Shown in pieces: positions 34,303 through 44,596 of a stretch of DNA of 64,000 nucleotides. Within the stretch, counting starts at the first letter, position 1. Every line of letters starts with the position of its first letter. A model generated the notes under the pieces. It saw only the letters and a program-made list of their open reading frames with translations, was not told the origin of the DNA and did no database searches. The DNA is from a virus (lineage: Duplodnaviria > Caudoviricetes), in IMG/VR virus record IMGVR_UViG_3300027734_003164, positions 64,001 through 128,000 of that record; one strand, given 5' to 3'. The translations under genes were made by a program, and so were the position numbers.

Positions 34303-35910
34303 TTAACATACTCCGTTTACTGTGCAAAACTCGGTGATTACACCACTGTTGTCGACACTATAAATTTTATTTCCGTATCTAATATAATCAATCGTTAATG
34401 GATATAATAACGATGAATTACTATATACTGTCACTCCTGTTTGTATTTGATTAACTGATGGATGGGTGTAGAATATTGTTTGTACTCCAAAATTAGTCAA
34501 CTGACATCCAGGACAATTTACTGAATACGCCCCACTACCAATCCATTCGTTAAATGTACCAACTAATGGTTCAACTTGTAGACACTCGGCACAATCAACA
34601 TAAGTTGTGGTGGTAGTCGCTGTAAATCTATTTTCATTTACCACAATATAACCTGAAGGTGGAACATAATTTATAAAGTATCCTACATAACTATAACAAT
34701 TTCCAGAATAATCTCTAATTACTTCTCCTGGGTCTAAATTAGTTGGTGGGGTTGCTGTTTGTGTAATCATCGATGTTGTCGTACAAGATGTAAACACAAA
34801 GTAAGTACCAGGTGCGTAAGTAGGTGTTGGGGTTGGTGTTGGTGTAGGTGTCGGAGTCGGTGTAGGTGTCGGAGTCGGTGTAGGTGTAGGTGTTGGGCAA
34901 ATCGTACAAGCGGTATATGCTGAAACCACTAACTTAACTGTTGCATTAGGACTTGCTGTTGTATCTTGTATATATGTTGCACATTTTAATTGGTCATTAA
35001 TAACCCCTAAGAATGTTTGTCCTGTTGATATTGGTGTGCCTGATAATTCCAAAGGACCTGAAACGTAATAAGAAACGTTTTCGTTACAATCTCTTAATTC
35101 CTTAACTCTAAAACATATAAAGTTTCCATCGTCTATTGTAAATGTTACAGTTTCACCAGTCAAATTGATTGTTGGTGTAGGAGTGGGTGTTGGGGTTGGG
35201 GTCGGTGTTGGTGTTGGTGTTGATGCACTAACACTAATGTTTACTGTAAAAGCACTACATATATTTGGAGTGGGTGTTGGTGTAGGAGTCGGGGTTGGTG
35301 TTGGTGTAGGAGTCGGGGTTGGTGTTGGTGTCGGCGCATCACAATCAACATCATATGAAAAATCAAAAGTATCACATACAGGAGTTGGTGTTGGTGTTGG
35401 GGGAACACAATCACCAGGATAAAATAAGTCGGTAAAAAGGTTTGGACAAACAGAAGTCGTTGGGTTTTGTCCGTAGAAGAAACAATTTGTACCAGGTGCT
35501 GTGCCTAAACACCATTTTGTAGCTCCTTTATAGATATACCCCGGTTGTGTTCCACCTGTGAAAAAGGGGAATCCGTTATATCCTCCCGCAACAACATATG
35601 TTCCAGTATATGCAGAATATTCATCTTTATTTATTACAACACAATATTTATTAGAACAACATTCTCCTGTTGCACAACTTGAGGCGGTACATCCTGTTTG
35701 TAGTCCATATGTTCCATTAGGCACATAACTTGTTGCAGTAAACCCTGACGTAAACGCAGATACAATCGAATAACACCCACTTACAACAGACGTATCATAA
35801 GTAATAAGATAAACAGAAGTGACGGCCGATGTTCCAGCAGTCCAATTAGTTTGGTTTGTAAAATATCGTAAACCGGGGTAACAACAACTCTGTAAAAGTA
35901 TATTTGCCAT
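34303..35910 (-). CDS. Cys-rich, Pro-Thr-repeat (mucin-like) virion protein
   Basis: Four (PT)n tracts separating Cys-rich domains. Confidence 0.8.
   Translation of the reverse strand: MANILLQSCCYPGLRYFTNQTNWTAGTSAVTSVYLITYDTSVVSGCYSIVSAFTSGFTATSYVPNGTYGLQTGCTASSCATGECCSNKYCVVINKDEYSAYTGTYVVAGGYNGFPFFTGGTQPGYIYKGATKWCLGTAPGTNCFFYGQNPTTSVCPNLFTDLFYPGDCVPPTPTPTPVCDTFDFSYDVDCDAPTPTPTPTPTPTPTPTPTPTPTPNICSAFTVNISVSASTPTPTPTPTPTPTPTPTINLTGETVTFTIDDGNFICFRVKELRDCNENVSYYVSGPLELSGTPISTGQTFLGVINDQLKCATYIQDTTASPNATVKLVVSAYTACTICPTPTPTPTPTPTPTPTPTPTPTPTPTYAPGTYFVFTSCTTTSMITQTATPPTNLDPGEVIRDYSGNCYSYVGYFINYVPPSGYIVVNENRFTATTTTTYVDCAECLQVEPLVGTFNEWIGSGAYSVNCPGCQLTNFGVQTIFYTHPSVNQIQTGVTVYSNSSLLYPLTIDYIRYGNKIYSVDNSGVITEFCTVNGVC
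34820..35403. repeat. (Pro-Thr)n coding tracts at ~34820-34897, 35171-35220, 35266-35334, 35380-35403
   Basis: ggtgtt/ggagtc/ggtgta hexamer runs. Confidence 0.92.
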
Positions 35911-35954
35911 TAAATTTTCTTTTTATATAAATAACCCAAAGTTTTTTTTTGCAT

Positions 35955-36752
35955 TTAAAACTCCAAATTTATTTCTTCAGGTTTATAACTGTAAAAATGT
36001 TTGTATGCATGAATAAATGCAACATTTTTTTGTTCTTCCATAGGTACTGACCATCCTGTTTTATCCCACCAATTTCCTATATTTTTGTCTTCGTATTGTG
36101 ACCAATCATCCCATGGCCCCCAAGTAAATCCAAAAAATTGAAATAAAAATGAAAGAGTTGCATCGCACCATTCCACAGGTCTTGAGTCTAATTTATATAT
36201 TTCGTCCCAAGGTACTTCATCTAATCTATTATATATTTCTATAAACTTTTCTCTATTAAAAATTGCACCGCCGCAAGCTCCGTAATTTTCCAAAGACCCT
36301 AATTCACTCCATACATGTCTTGAATTGTCTTTAACATTAAATTTATTTTTTAGATATTCATATAATTCTTTTGTGTAGTAAGGTCCATGTGCCCCTGATA
36401 TATCAAACTTTGGTGGTCTTGTTATTTCACATTTACACCAAACATCATCTTCATAATGAATAACCCAATCAACATCTTTAAGTGTTGTTTTACAAGCATC
36501 ATATATTCTTGTCAACCACCGATATAACCCATCTTTATCCACAAAAACTCTACCTGAATGTAGGTTATTAACTCCTTGTTGTTCAATCCAAGTGTAGTCA
36601 CAATTAAATTTTTTAGCCACAGGTTCTAATAACTCTGAACCATCTTCAAATAAAGAAATAGGCACGTTTGGATAAAATTTTCTAAGCCGTTCAATTGCTT
36701 TATAACACGCAACTAATTTATGACCTGATTGGTAAAAAACCCCTATATTCAT
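35955..36752 (-). CDS. glycosyltransferase, GT-A fold
   Basis: ISLFEDG, WVIHYEDDVW (DxD-like), GACGGAIFNR, WCDATLSFL; overlaps the GT60 gene stop. Confidence 0.65.
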   Translation of the reverse strand: MNIGVFYQSGHKLVACYKAIERLRKFYPNVPISLFEDGSELLEPVAKKFNCDYTWIEQQGVNNLHSGRVFVDKDGLYRWLTRIYDACKTTLKDVDWVIHYEDDVWCKCEITRPPKFDISGAHGPYYTKELYEYLKNKFNVKDNSRHVWSELGSLENYGACGGAIFNREKFIEIYNRLDEVPWDEIYKLDSRPVEWCDATLSFLFQFFGFTWGPWDDWSQYEDKNIGNWWDKTGWSVPMEEQKNVAFIHAYKHFYSYKPEEINLEF

Positions 36753-37990
36753 ATTTCACCTGTAATTTGTTTAACCCAACCATTTTGTCTATGGTGTATC
36801 CAAATTGACCAACTTTTTGTTGTTCTATCCACCAAGAATGTTCTTTTTATATTTACGTAATCACTTTTTACTTCATATAATTCTTTGATTTCATCACTAT
36901 TGGCATCTTGTCTATAAATTTCATTTCCTAAATCGTCCAAAAATGAAATTGCCCAAAAATCATAATCATCTTCAGGAGCCTCTAATCTTGGAACAATTAT
37001 ATTATATGTAAACATAAAACTTTCTGACTTATACCATTCAGAACTATCATTAACAGGTGGATTTTCACCTTTCAATGTCTTTGGATGTAATTTTCTATCT
37101 AAAAAATTAATACCCGCATACAATTCATAATCACGATGAGTTCTTACATTACCTAATCCATATTCCCCCAAGTCAATACCATGGTCTTCTTCTTGTAACA
37201 TGTGTCTAAGTCTTATTTTGGACTTAGTATCCATTTCCCACCATGGTTCTTCAACTACCCCACTTTGTTTGTTTTCCTCATTAAAATCCGTCCAATGTTT
37301 TGTTCTACCTTCTCTTGTGTATTCATGCCAAACAACTGTTTTATGTGGGTGAAATAAATCATAACCTAATGTGTATGACCTAATAGATAAACTGATTTCA
37401 TCACCAGCAAAGTAAATATTTGGGTCGTACTTATACTCTTCACAATGTTTTCCAATCGTAAAGAAAAAGTGACCGCTAACAAATCTTGCAGGAATTGGTT
37501 TATCTAACTCTTTCCAATTTGGGATTTCGTGAGGTCTAAAAAGTATTGTTCCTCCCGGTGTAAAATTAGATGCAACCATTTTGTATGGTTCAACATTTAA
37601 TAATTTATTAGTTTTTGGTTCATACATACCCGCATATGCGGTAATGATTGGTTTTTTTGAACCTGTCATTTTCATCATTTCAATTAACTCAACATCCCAA
37701 TTCTGTAAGAATCTATGGTGTGAATCTAATTGTAATGTGTATTCTTCTCCGTTCCATAATTTTTGAATTTCTGAACGAGCCCAACACAGTCCTTTACTTT
37801 TTGACCAATGATAATCTAATATTTTGAATCTTTCGTCATTTGCAAATTCTCCCATAGATTCATTTTCATCTCGTTGCCAACAAATACCAAAGGTTAAATT
37901 CTCAGGGTTTTTTGCCTTTGAAATGCAGTCTCTGATTGTCGGTAAAAGTTCGGGGTCTCTATAAGACGCAATTTGGACAAATATTTTCAT
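36749..37990 (-). CDS. GT60-family GlcNAc transferase (Skp1 Gnt1 / trypanosomatid polypeptide GlcNAc-T-like)
   Basis: IFVQIASYRDPEL, SKGLCWARSEIQKLWNGEEYTLQLDSHHRF..WD, FVSGHFFF, FAGDEISLSIRSYTLGYDLFHP. Confidence 0.85.
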   Translation of the reverse strand: MKIFVQIASYRDPELLPTIRDCISKAKNPENLTFGICWQRDENESMGEFANDERFKILDYHWSKSKGLCWARSEIQKLWNGEEYTLQLDSHHRFLQNWDVELIEMMKMTGSKKPIITAYAGMYEPKTNKLLNVEPYKMVASNFTPGGTILFRPHEIPNWKELDKPIPARFVSGHFFFTIGKHCEEYKYDPNIYFAGDEISLSIRSYTLGYDLFHPHKTVVWHEYTREGRTKHWTDFNEENKQSGVVEEPWWEMDTKSKIRLRHMLQEEDHGIDLGEYGLGNVRTHRDYELYAGINFLDRKLHPKTLKGENPPVNDSSEWYKSESFMFTYNIIVPRLEAPEDDYDFWAISFLDDLGNEIYRQDANSDEIKELYEVKSDYVNIKRTFLVDRTTKSWSIWIHHRQNGWVKQITGEI

Positions 37991-38037
37991 ATTATCATTT
38001 TAAACAAAAATAATACCTCAAGACTAAAAATAAATAA

Positions 38038-38820
38038 TTAAACTTGTGTGATTGTAACAATCAAAGATGGAATGGCCGGTCTAGTGGGTGATGTAAAAGG
38101 TCCTGCGTCATATTGTAAACCTAATCGTGTGTCATCTACTCTAAATTTTAATTCTAAAAATTCATTGGCCGAAAGGTCCATTACAAAATTCCAAGCGGCC
38201 ACAGCTCTACCATTATTAGAATTTACTACAATTTGCGTATTTGAGTTAGTAACATTACTACCATTTTTAGCCAACCATATATCCATAGTTTGTGCTGAAC
38301 CACCACCTGTTGATTCTAATTGAGCAGAAAATTGTAAATTATAAACACCAGCACTTGCAACAACAAATTTTGTATTTGCCGATAATGTTACACCATTAGA
38401 ACCAGTATTGGTGTCTGCACTCATAGAAAACGCGCTAGTGGTGCTTGAAACATATTGGTCCGTTGTGGACAAAAAAGACCCCCATGCTCTACCACTACCA
38501 TTAACACCACTAGTTCCGTTAGTTCCGCTAGTCCCATTTGTACCACTTGTACCGTTAGTTCCGCTAGTTCCATTTGTACCACTTGTGCCGTTAGTTCCCG
38601 AGGACCCGCTAGTTCCATTTGTACCACTGGTTCCTCTAGTTCCTGACGACCCATTAGTACCATTTGTTCCTGAAGTTCCAGCAATTGATGCAGTTATAGC
38701 ACTAAATCGTACAGCTTCAGTTCTACCCGATGTTATTGGGTTGTAATTAACAATTACCAATAATGAATTAGAGTAACCTGTTGATGCTAAGGGTAAGGAT
38801 GATATTGGTAAATCTGGCAT
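38038..38820 (-). CDS. collagen-like (Gly-Thr-Ser/Asn) fibre protein with C-terminal beta-sandwich
   Basis: About 19 Gly-X-Y triplets GTS/GTN at ~38510-38682; C-terminus FVVASAGVYNLQFSAQL resembles BclA-C/C1q-type domains. Confidence 0.75.
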   Translation of the reverse strand: MPDLPISSLPLASTGYSNSLLVIVNYNPITSGRTEAVRFSAITASIAGTSGTNGTNGSSGTRGTSGTNGTSGSSGTNGTSGTNGTSGTNGTSGTNGTSGTNGTSGVNGSGRAWGSFLSTTDQYVSSTTSAFSMSADTNTGSNGVTLSANTKFVVASAGVYNLQFSAQLESTGGGSAQTMDIWLAKNGSNVTNSNTQIVVNSNNGRAVAAWNFVMDLSANEFLELKFRVDDTRLGLQYDAGPFTSPTRPAIPSLIVTITQV

Positions 38821-38843
38821 AGTCTTTTATAGATAAATATTAT

Positions 38844-39131
38844 TTAAGTTATTTTGATTCTAAAACCATCTTCCTGTAATATATAAAAACCAGTTTCTTG
38901 TAATAAATAACTTCCACAATCCACTTCTATTTCCATGATACAACCGTTCGCATCAATAATTTTTATATATATAACATCTTCATTTGGAAAAAAAGATTCT
39001 GAATTAATAACTACATTTGGTGGTATTGAAGTAACTCCTGACACATAAAAACAATAGGTATTTGATGGGTCACAAATGAAAACATCATAAGGACTTAATC
39101 CGCTAGTTACTCCTGTTATTTGTATATTCAT
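38844..39131 (-). CDS. small Cys-rich SprB-like domain protein
   Basis: VTSGLSPYDVFICD...IKIIDANGC; C-terminal LLQETGFYILQEDG. Confidence 0.65.
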   Translation of the reverse strand: MNIQITGVTSGLSPYDVFICDPSNTYCFYVSGVTSIPPNVVINSESFFPNEDVIYIKIIDANGCIMEIEVDCGSYLLQETGFYILQEDGFRIKIT

Positions 39132-39134
39132 ATA

Positions 39135-39344
39135 TTAACAATTTATTTCATAAAAAGTTTCACAACCATTACCATTAATCGCTTTTATTATTAAGGTATT
39201 TGCTGCAGAATAAAATGCAGATAAAACATAAACGGTAAGTGTTGTACCAAGTAATGAACAATTATTTCCGTTTTCATCACAAACGTAATAACTAACGGGT
39301 GGTGTTCCTCCTGTCAATCCTGTTATGTCAACTGAGTACGGCAT
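39135..39344 (-). CDS. small Cys-rich SprB-like domain protein
   Basis: LTGGTPPVSYYVCD...IKAINGNGC. Confidence 0.6.
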   Translation of the reverse strand: MPYSVDITGLTGGTPPVSYYVCDENGNNCSLLGTTLTVYVLSAFYSAANTLIIKAINGNGCETFYEINC

Positions 39345-41648
39345 CTATGTATAACAAGTTACATCGTAGTCTATTGTTAATTCTAAAGTGAAATTAGCGT
39401 CAGCCAGTGGGTCAGTATCACCCTCACAATTTGACTCAATGTGAATTGTATTATCCGTCAAACTTATAGTATAACTACTAATATCAGTAACACCACTTAA
39501 TATTCCTTCTATTGTTGATTGCCAAATTGTGTCTTGTGGAATATCATTCAATGTTGTTGCGGTATAGAATGTTTGAGTAAATGCACTTCCGTTAATATTC
39601 ATTTCAAGTATAAATTCTGCGGTATTTAAACTACATCCCGTATATCCACTTGTAACATCAATATACCCCTCATTTAACATTTCTAAAAATCCACGTTTAG
39701 CCCCAACTGTTGTTGCAAATTCATTTTGACACAATTCAACAACAGAGTATGTTGTTACATTATTTCCTGAACATGTGATTGTAAAATTGTGAATTTGTGA
39801 ACACCCACTACTATCTGTAACTTCAACAGAATACGTACCGGCGGTTAAACCGGATATAGTTGAACCCGTTTGTCCTGACGGAACATTATCTGACCAATCA
39901 TAACTAAATGTTGGTTCTCCGTCGTATATTAATACTTGCGCGGTTCCATTTTGACCACCATAACATTGTGTTGTTGATATTGCACTAATTAAACTACCTC
40001 CCGTTGATATTGTTACTTGTTCATCAATTTGACATCCATCCGCATCAACAACTGTGAGAGTATAACTACCAGCCACTAAATTATTAAAGGTATATGAAGA
40101 TAATGATGTATCTAAAACTGATTGTCCATCACTTAATATATAATCCAAAGGTGATGTATAACCAGTTCCGACTTGGACTTGTAAAACACCATCATTTTGT
40201 GAACATGTTGAACCTGTTGTTGTTGTATTTATTTCAAATTTATCGGTTGATGATAATGTAACAGTTGTTCTGTACTCACAATTTGTTCCTGTTGCAGATA
40301 TTATTAAATCATACGTGTCATTTGTCAACCCTAAAAAGGTGTTGGTTAAACTTTGCGTTGTGTTAGTGTATACTAATCCGTTTGTTTGACCCGATAAAAT
40401 ATAACTATAAAAATTATTTGAACCTTGTAATGAAACAGTTAATGAACCAAGTTGTTGGCTACAATTAGAGTTTGTCACCACTGTATCAACTATGAAAAAT
40501 GAATTTTCAGCATTAATAAACGCACTTAATATTTGTTTACAAAAGTTTGCATCTGTTATTTCTAAATTGTAATTTCCACTTGATAATCCTGATAAGGTTA
40601 ATGTATCACTTAATGTATACCCTACTTGTGATGTACTGGCGGAATAATAATAAGGAACACTACCTCCTGTAATTGTAAATGTAATACTACCGTCCGATGA
40701 AAAACAAGAAGGATTTATAGAAGTGACAATACCAACTCCAAGTGGGTCGGCTTCACCTATAGTATCACTTTTAGTTACTACGCATCCATTTCCGTCCGTT
40801 ACTGTACAACTATAAGTTCCAATTGTTAAACCTGTTATTGTTTGACCCGTTTGACCGTCATTCCAAAGATATGTGTAAGGTGGTGTTCCTGTAAGACCTG
40901 TGATTGAAAGTTTTCCCTGATTAATGACACAAGTAGACGTATTTACTTTCCAAAAACCAAAATCAAAATTTGAAGAGGATGAAATAATTGCGTTAGATGT
41001 TGTTGCGGTTGACAATCCATAATCTACAACTTTAACAAAATAAGTGTCTGCGGATAAATTTGTGAATGTATATGGGAATAAAGTGGTAACTTGTGATTGT
41101 ATAGAACCTCCTGATGTGGATAATATTAAAGTATATGGCGACATTTTAGAGTCGGCACTTACGGTCAGTGTTCCGTTATTATTTCCACATGTGGTTGGTG
41201 TTACGTCAATAATATCGGTATAAAAACAACCTGTTATTATAACATTTATATATAATTCGTTATTTTCAAACCCTTCAGAATCATTCAATCTAAACACATA
41301 GGTGTCGGCGGTTAGTCCTGAAAAGGTTATTGGGCTTGAAGATGTTTTAGCGCTTATTCCACCAGGTTGTATATTATCTATTGTATATGGTGGTATTCCA
41401 CCATATGGTGAAAATGTTACAGAACCTGTTGGGGATGAGCAAGTACCTGTAATTGTAAATGTTAGTCCTAATGGTTGGTCGTCACAAGTTGGTGTACAAG
41501 CGGACATTGTGTTATAAACACCAAATGTTGATGCCGAATACGCACTATCAAAACAAATAGTTTCCCCTAAAGAAACTCCAACTACAAAGTTACCACAACA
41601 ATCATAGTACCTATATACCCCATCCGTTAAACCTGAATAACAAGCCAT
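39345..41648 (-). CDS. multi-SprB-repeat virion protein
   Basis: About 7 repeats such as TGTPPYTYLWNDGQTGQTITGLTIGTYSCTVTDGNGC. Confidence 0.8.
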   Translation of the reverse strand: MACYSGLTDGVYRYYDCCGNFVVGVSLGETICFDSAYSASTFGVYNTMSACTPTCDDQPLGLTFTITGTCSSPTGSVTFSPYGGIPPYTIDNIQPGGISAKTSSSPITFSGLTADTYVFRLNDSEGFENNELYINVIITGCFYTDIIDVTPTTCGNNNGTLTVSADSKMSPYTLILSTSGGSIQSQVTTLFPYTFTNLSADTYFVKVVDYGLSTATTSNAIISSSSNFDFGFWKVNTSTCVINQGKLSITGLTGTPPYTYLWNDGQTGQTITGLTIGTYSCTVTDGNGCVVTKSDTIGEADPLGVGIVTSINPSCFSSDGSITFTITGGSVPYYYSASTSQVGYTLSDTLTLSGLSSGNYNLEITDANFCKQILSAFINAENSFFIVDTVVTNSNCSQQLGSLTVSLQGSNNFYSYILSGQTNGLVYTNTTQSLTNTFLGLTNDTYDLIISATGTNCEYRTTVTLSSTDKFEINTTTTGSTCSQNDGVLQVQVGTGYTSPLDYILSDGQSVLDTSLSSYTFNNLVAGSYTLTVVDADGCQIDEQVTISTGGSLISAISTTQCYGGQNGTAQVLIYDGEPTFSYDWSDNVPSGQTGSTISGLTAGTYSVEVTDSSGCSQIHNFTITCSGNNVTTYSVVELCQNEFATTVGAKRGFLEMLNEGYIDVTSGYTGCSLNTAEFILEMNINGSAFTQTFYTATTLNDIPQDTIWQSTIEGILSGVTDISSYTISLTDNTIHIESNCEGDTDPLADANFTLELTIDYDVTCYT

Positions 41649-44596
41649 TAATTACAATTTATACTAGCGTTTATACCTATATTTAAGTACAGTTTTTTAT
41701 TTGTGAAGTCATCATAACAAGTTGAATTGCTTATTACTAAAGTTTTACCCGCAAAATAATAATTTAATCCATGATTATATAATTCTTGTAATTTGTCATC
41801 AATTGATGCGGTTATTTGGGCAACCGTTGGAACATCATAAAAACCATATCCTGTGTAGAATTGTTCTTGAACTAAAATCGTACTGTCTAATCTACAATCC
41901 ACAAACCACTCCGACACTATACTTGTTAAATCACAATTGGCTTGAGTGTATCCACTCTGTTTTACAACCGCACTTAAAACTTGTGTTAGATAAGTTTGTG
42001 GACTGTCAAAGTTTAATTCACATCTTAAAGTTTGGTCTATACAATCATATCCAAATAACTGACCGTCAAATGTGCAAGGTACACATTCAACTTGTATAAA
42101 CTGACATCCTCTTTGTCTTCTCCATACAAACTTTTGTCTATGGAAAATTGAGTTTTCCATTTTTTGACCCGTGAGCCAAAGTGTTGTTGCAGGAACCAAC
42201 TGTTCCAATAATCTTTGCCAATAATCACCAATACCCAACGTATAGTCTATCATTTTTTGATAGGTAAATTGATTAGAAGGTATACCTACTGTTTGTTGTG
42301 ACTGTAAGTATTTCCAATATATCGATTGAAGTGTGGGGTAACCTCCTGTCTTACCGTCAAAAATTGTTTGTCTATTTCTAACATTAATCATGTTGGTAAA
42401 GAAAGATTGGGCAAATTCAAAAAATGTTTTTTGTTTTGGTTGTGGGTTTACAAAAGTCCAATCTATCGCTCCTGGGTACGGATAAGGTGACGTTAAACCA
42501 GTATTTGGAATTGGGTAATCGTACTTAACACACATATCCCACACATCATAAACTAACCCTTGACCCATATTGATATTTAATTCAATATTTTTTGAGTTTA
42601 TAAGTTGTTTGTCGTTTGTAATAGTGTAATCAACCCCATTAAAGTTTGAATTATTTTTTCTGTTTCCTATGTCGTCAACGGACCAAGACTTTTGGTTGTC
42701 GTAAATTTTTGTTATTGTATAACCTTCATTCAAAAAAGGAAATTTAGTAAACCTGTCTAAGTATTCTTGACCATATGAAAAAGGTTGTAATTGTGTTACT
42801 ACACTTGGTACGTTTTGGTCAAGTTGTGAATTTTCTAAATCGACAACTTGTGGTGACCTGTGTTTTGGGCTAGATTCAAACCAACCTGAACCTTTTTGAA
42901 AAAAGTAATCATCTGTCTGTGTTGGTGACTTAGGGTAACCATCGTCAGAAATACCATAATCATTTCTTGATGTTGTTACAGTTTGCACTTCTCCGTTTGT
43001 TGTAAATCCTGTATAAGTTACTCCTTGAATAGAAAATGTATTTGTTGGGTCTAATGCTGGTTTTTCAACATAAACCGTACCTCCACTTATTTTAGCATAA
43101 TTTTCTTTAAATTGGTCCACATTAATTTTTGAATCGACTAAATAAACAACTTCATTAAATTCTGTTATAGCTTCAGGAGCACCTATCAATCTCATTATGT
43201 ATTCCAAAGATGTTCTTGTTCCTTTGGATTTAAACATATATGCTGAGTTTAGAATTACATTTCTAAAGTATTGGTAGTTTAACTCTGAAGGTGTTTTTTC
43301 TTGTGCTTGACCTGAATAAATTTGGTCGTTTGTTGTGCTAAAAACCGCATCTAATAATTGGTCATTATTAATTGGCGATATATTTGTATTTACCCCCAAT
43401 GTTTGAGCTAAATTAGTTAGTAACTGTGATGGTATATCATTTCCAACAACATAGTTCACTGAGTTCATGTTCGCTAAGGCGTCAATAAACTTTTTAACCT
43501 CATCAAAACTTCTACCATATATTTGTAGAATTTTTTCCATCTTTTGGTCCTGAGTGTCAAAGTCCTTGAATGCACCTGTTGTTAAAAATCTTGAAATCAA
43601 ATTGGTTTTGTAATCGTCAAGATTAAGTGCGATTTCACTTAAAGTTGTTAAATACGTGTCAAAGTTAGATGTTACAATATCTAAATTCCATAAACCGTCC
43701 AATACCCATGTTACACTTTGTACTTTTAATGTAAAAATCCCATCTGAATCGTAGTATGGGTACTCAAAAGTTGCGGTATACTTTGGTTGGCTATTTCTAT
43801 TTAATATAAAATCTTCAACCTCATCAAAATCATCCTGAAAGATTTCAGCGGTTTTTTGTGTATTTGGTTTTACTATAAACGTGTCTGTTGAAATTGTTTG
43901 TCCTGAAAAAGGGTCTCCTTCAACCGTAAATGTAATTGTTCCTGCCGTTAAAGTTGTTGAAGGTATAAAATCAACTACAGGGTATTCTGTTGTAAGTTCA
44001 GAAAAATATAGACTAAAATTTTCGTAGTTATTAGTTAAATCACGGTATTTTGAAACTTTTATAGGTCTAACTTGAATGTTTCTTGCCGCATTCACAGAGA
44101 AGTCAATGTCAAAAGGATTCACTATCCATGGGACATTAACATCAAACGTTGTTAAATTTTCAATAGGGTCAAAAACAATATTTGTGGCGGTATAACCAGT
44201 TGTAAATGACAAAGTCGTTCCTCTTACTTCTAAGGCTGCCGGAAAATAACTTATTATTTTTGTTACGGATGCCGATAATCTTTTTTGAAGTGAACCATAC
44301 AGTGTAAAACTTGTTATTTGTGATATATCAAAATTAGGATATACTGAAAAGTTTTTTTGTATGATTTTTTTTGTTTGTTCAACATCTTCAATATTTAGAT
44401 TTTCTAAATTATAAAGTTGTGAGAAAACACCTAAATCAAAATTACGATTTACCTTTTCATAAATGGCAGTTGTAAATTGAAAGTTCCCTTGTGTTAATCC
44501 ACCGCCCGTGACCAACTGTAATCCAACTATGTTGTTAAACGTAGTTAAAGTTCCTACAGGTGGAGCAGGTGGATATTTAAATATTTGTTTTGCCAT
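41648..44596 (-). CDS. large putative virion/baseplate protein (982 aa)
   Basis: Coupled within the structural operon; YMFKSKGTRTSLE resembles the baseplate/tail 'KGT' motif. Confidence 0.6.
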   Translation of the reverse strand: MAKQIFKYPPAPPVGTLTTFNNIVGLQLVTGGGLTQGNFQFTTAIYEKVNRNFDLGVFSQLYNLENLNIEDVEQTKKIIQKNFSVYPNFDISQITSFTLYGSLQKRLSASVTKIISYFPAALEVRGTTLSFTTGYTATNIVFDPIENLTTFDVNVPWIVNPFDIDFSVNAARNIQVRPIKVSKYRDLTNNYENFSLYFSELTTEYPVVDFIPSTTLTAGTITFTVEGDPFSGQTISTDTFIVKPNTQKTAEIFQDDFDEVEDFILNRNSQPKYTATFEYPYYDSDGIFTLKVQSVTWVLDGLWNLDIVTSNFDTYLTTLSEIALNLDDYKTNLISRFLTTGAFKDFDTQDQKMEKILQIYGRSFDEVKKFIDALANMNSVNYVVGNDIPSQLLTNLAQTLGVNTNISPINNDQLLDAVFSTTNDQIYSGQAQEKTPSELNYQYFRNVILNSAYMFKSKGTRTSLEYIMRLIGAPEAITEFNEVVYLVDSKINVDQFKENYAKISGGTVYVEKPALDPTNTFSIQGVTYTGFTTNGEVQTVTTSRNDYGISDDGYPKSPTQTDDYFFQKGSGWFESSPKHRSPQVVDLENSQLDQNVPSVVTQLQPFSYGQEYLDRFTKFPFLNEGYTITKIYDNQKSWSVDDIGNRKNNSNFNGVDYTITNDKQLINSKNIELNINMGQGLVYDVWDMCVKYDYPIPNTGLTSPYPYPGAIDWTFVNPQPKQKTFFEFAQSFFTNMINVRNRQTIFDGKTGGYPTLQSIYWKYLQSQQTVGIPSNQFTYQKMIDYTLGIGDYWQRLLEQLVPATTLWLTGQKMENSIFHRQKFVWRRQRGCQFIQVECVPCTFDGQLFGYDCIDQTLRCELNFDSPQTYLTQVLSAVVKQSGYTQANCDLTSIVSEWFVDCRLDSTILVQEQFYTGYGFYDVPTVAQITASIDDKLQELYNHGLNYYFAGKTLVISNSTCYDDFTNKKLYLNIGINASINCN

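Noticed and set aside
35165-35422. Plus-strand VGVG-repeat ORF
   Set aside because: Antisense shadow of the Pro-Thr repeats.
38048-38746. Alternative-frame and antisense ORFs (VPLVP etc.)
   Set aside because: Shadows of the collagen-like repeat.
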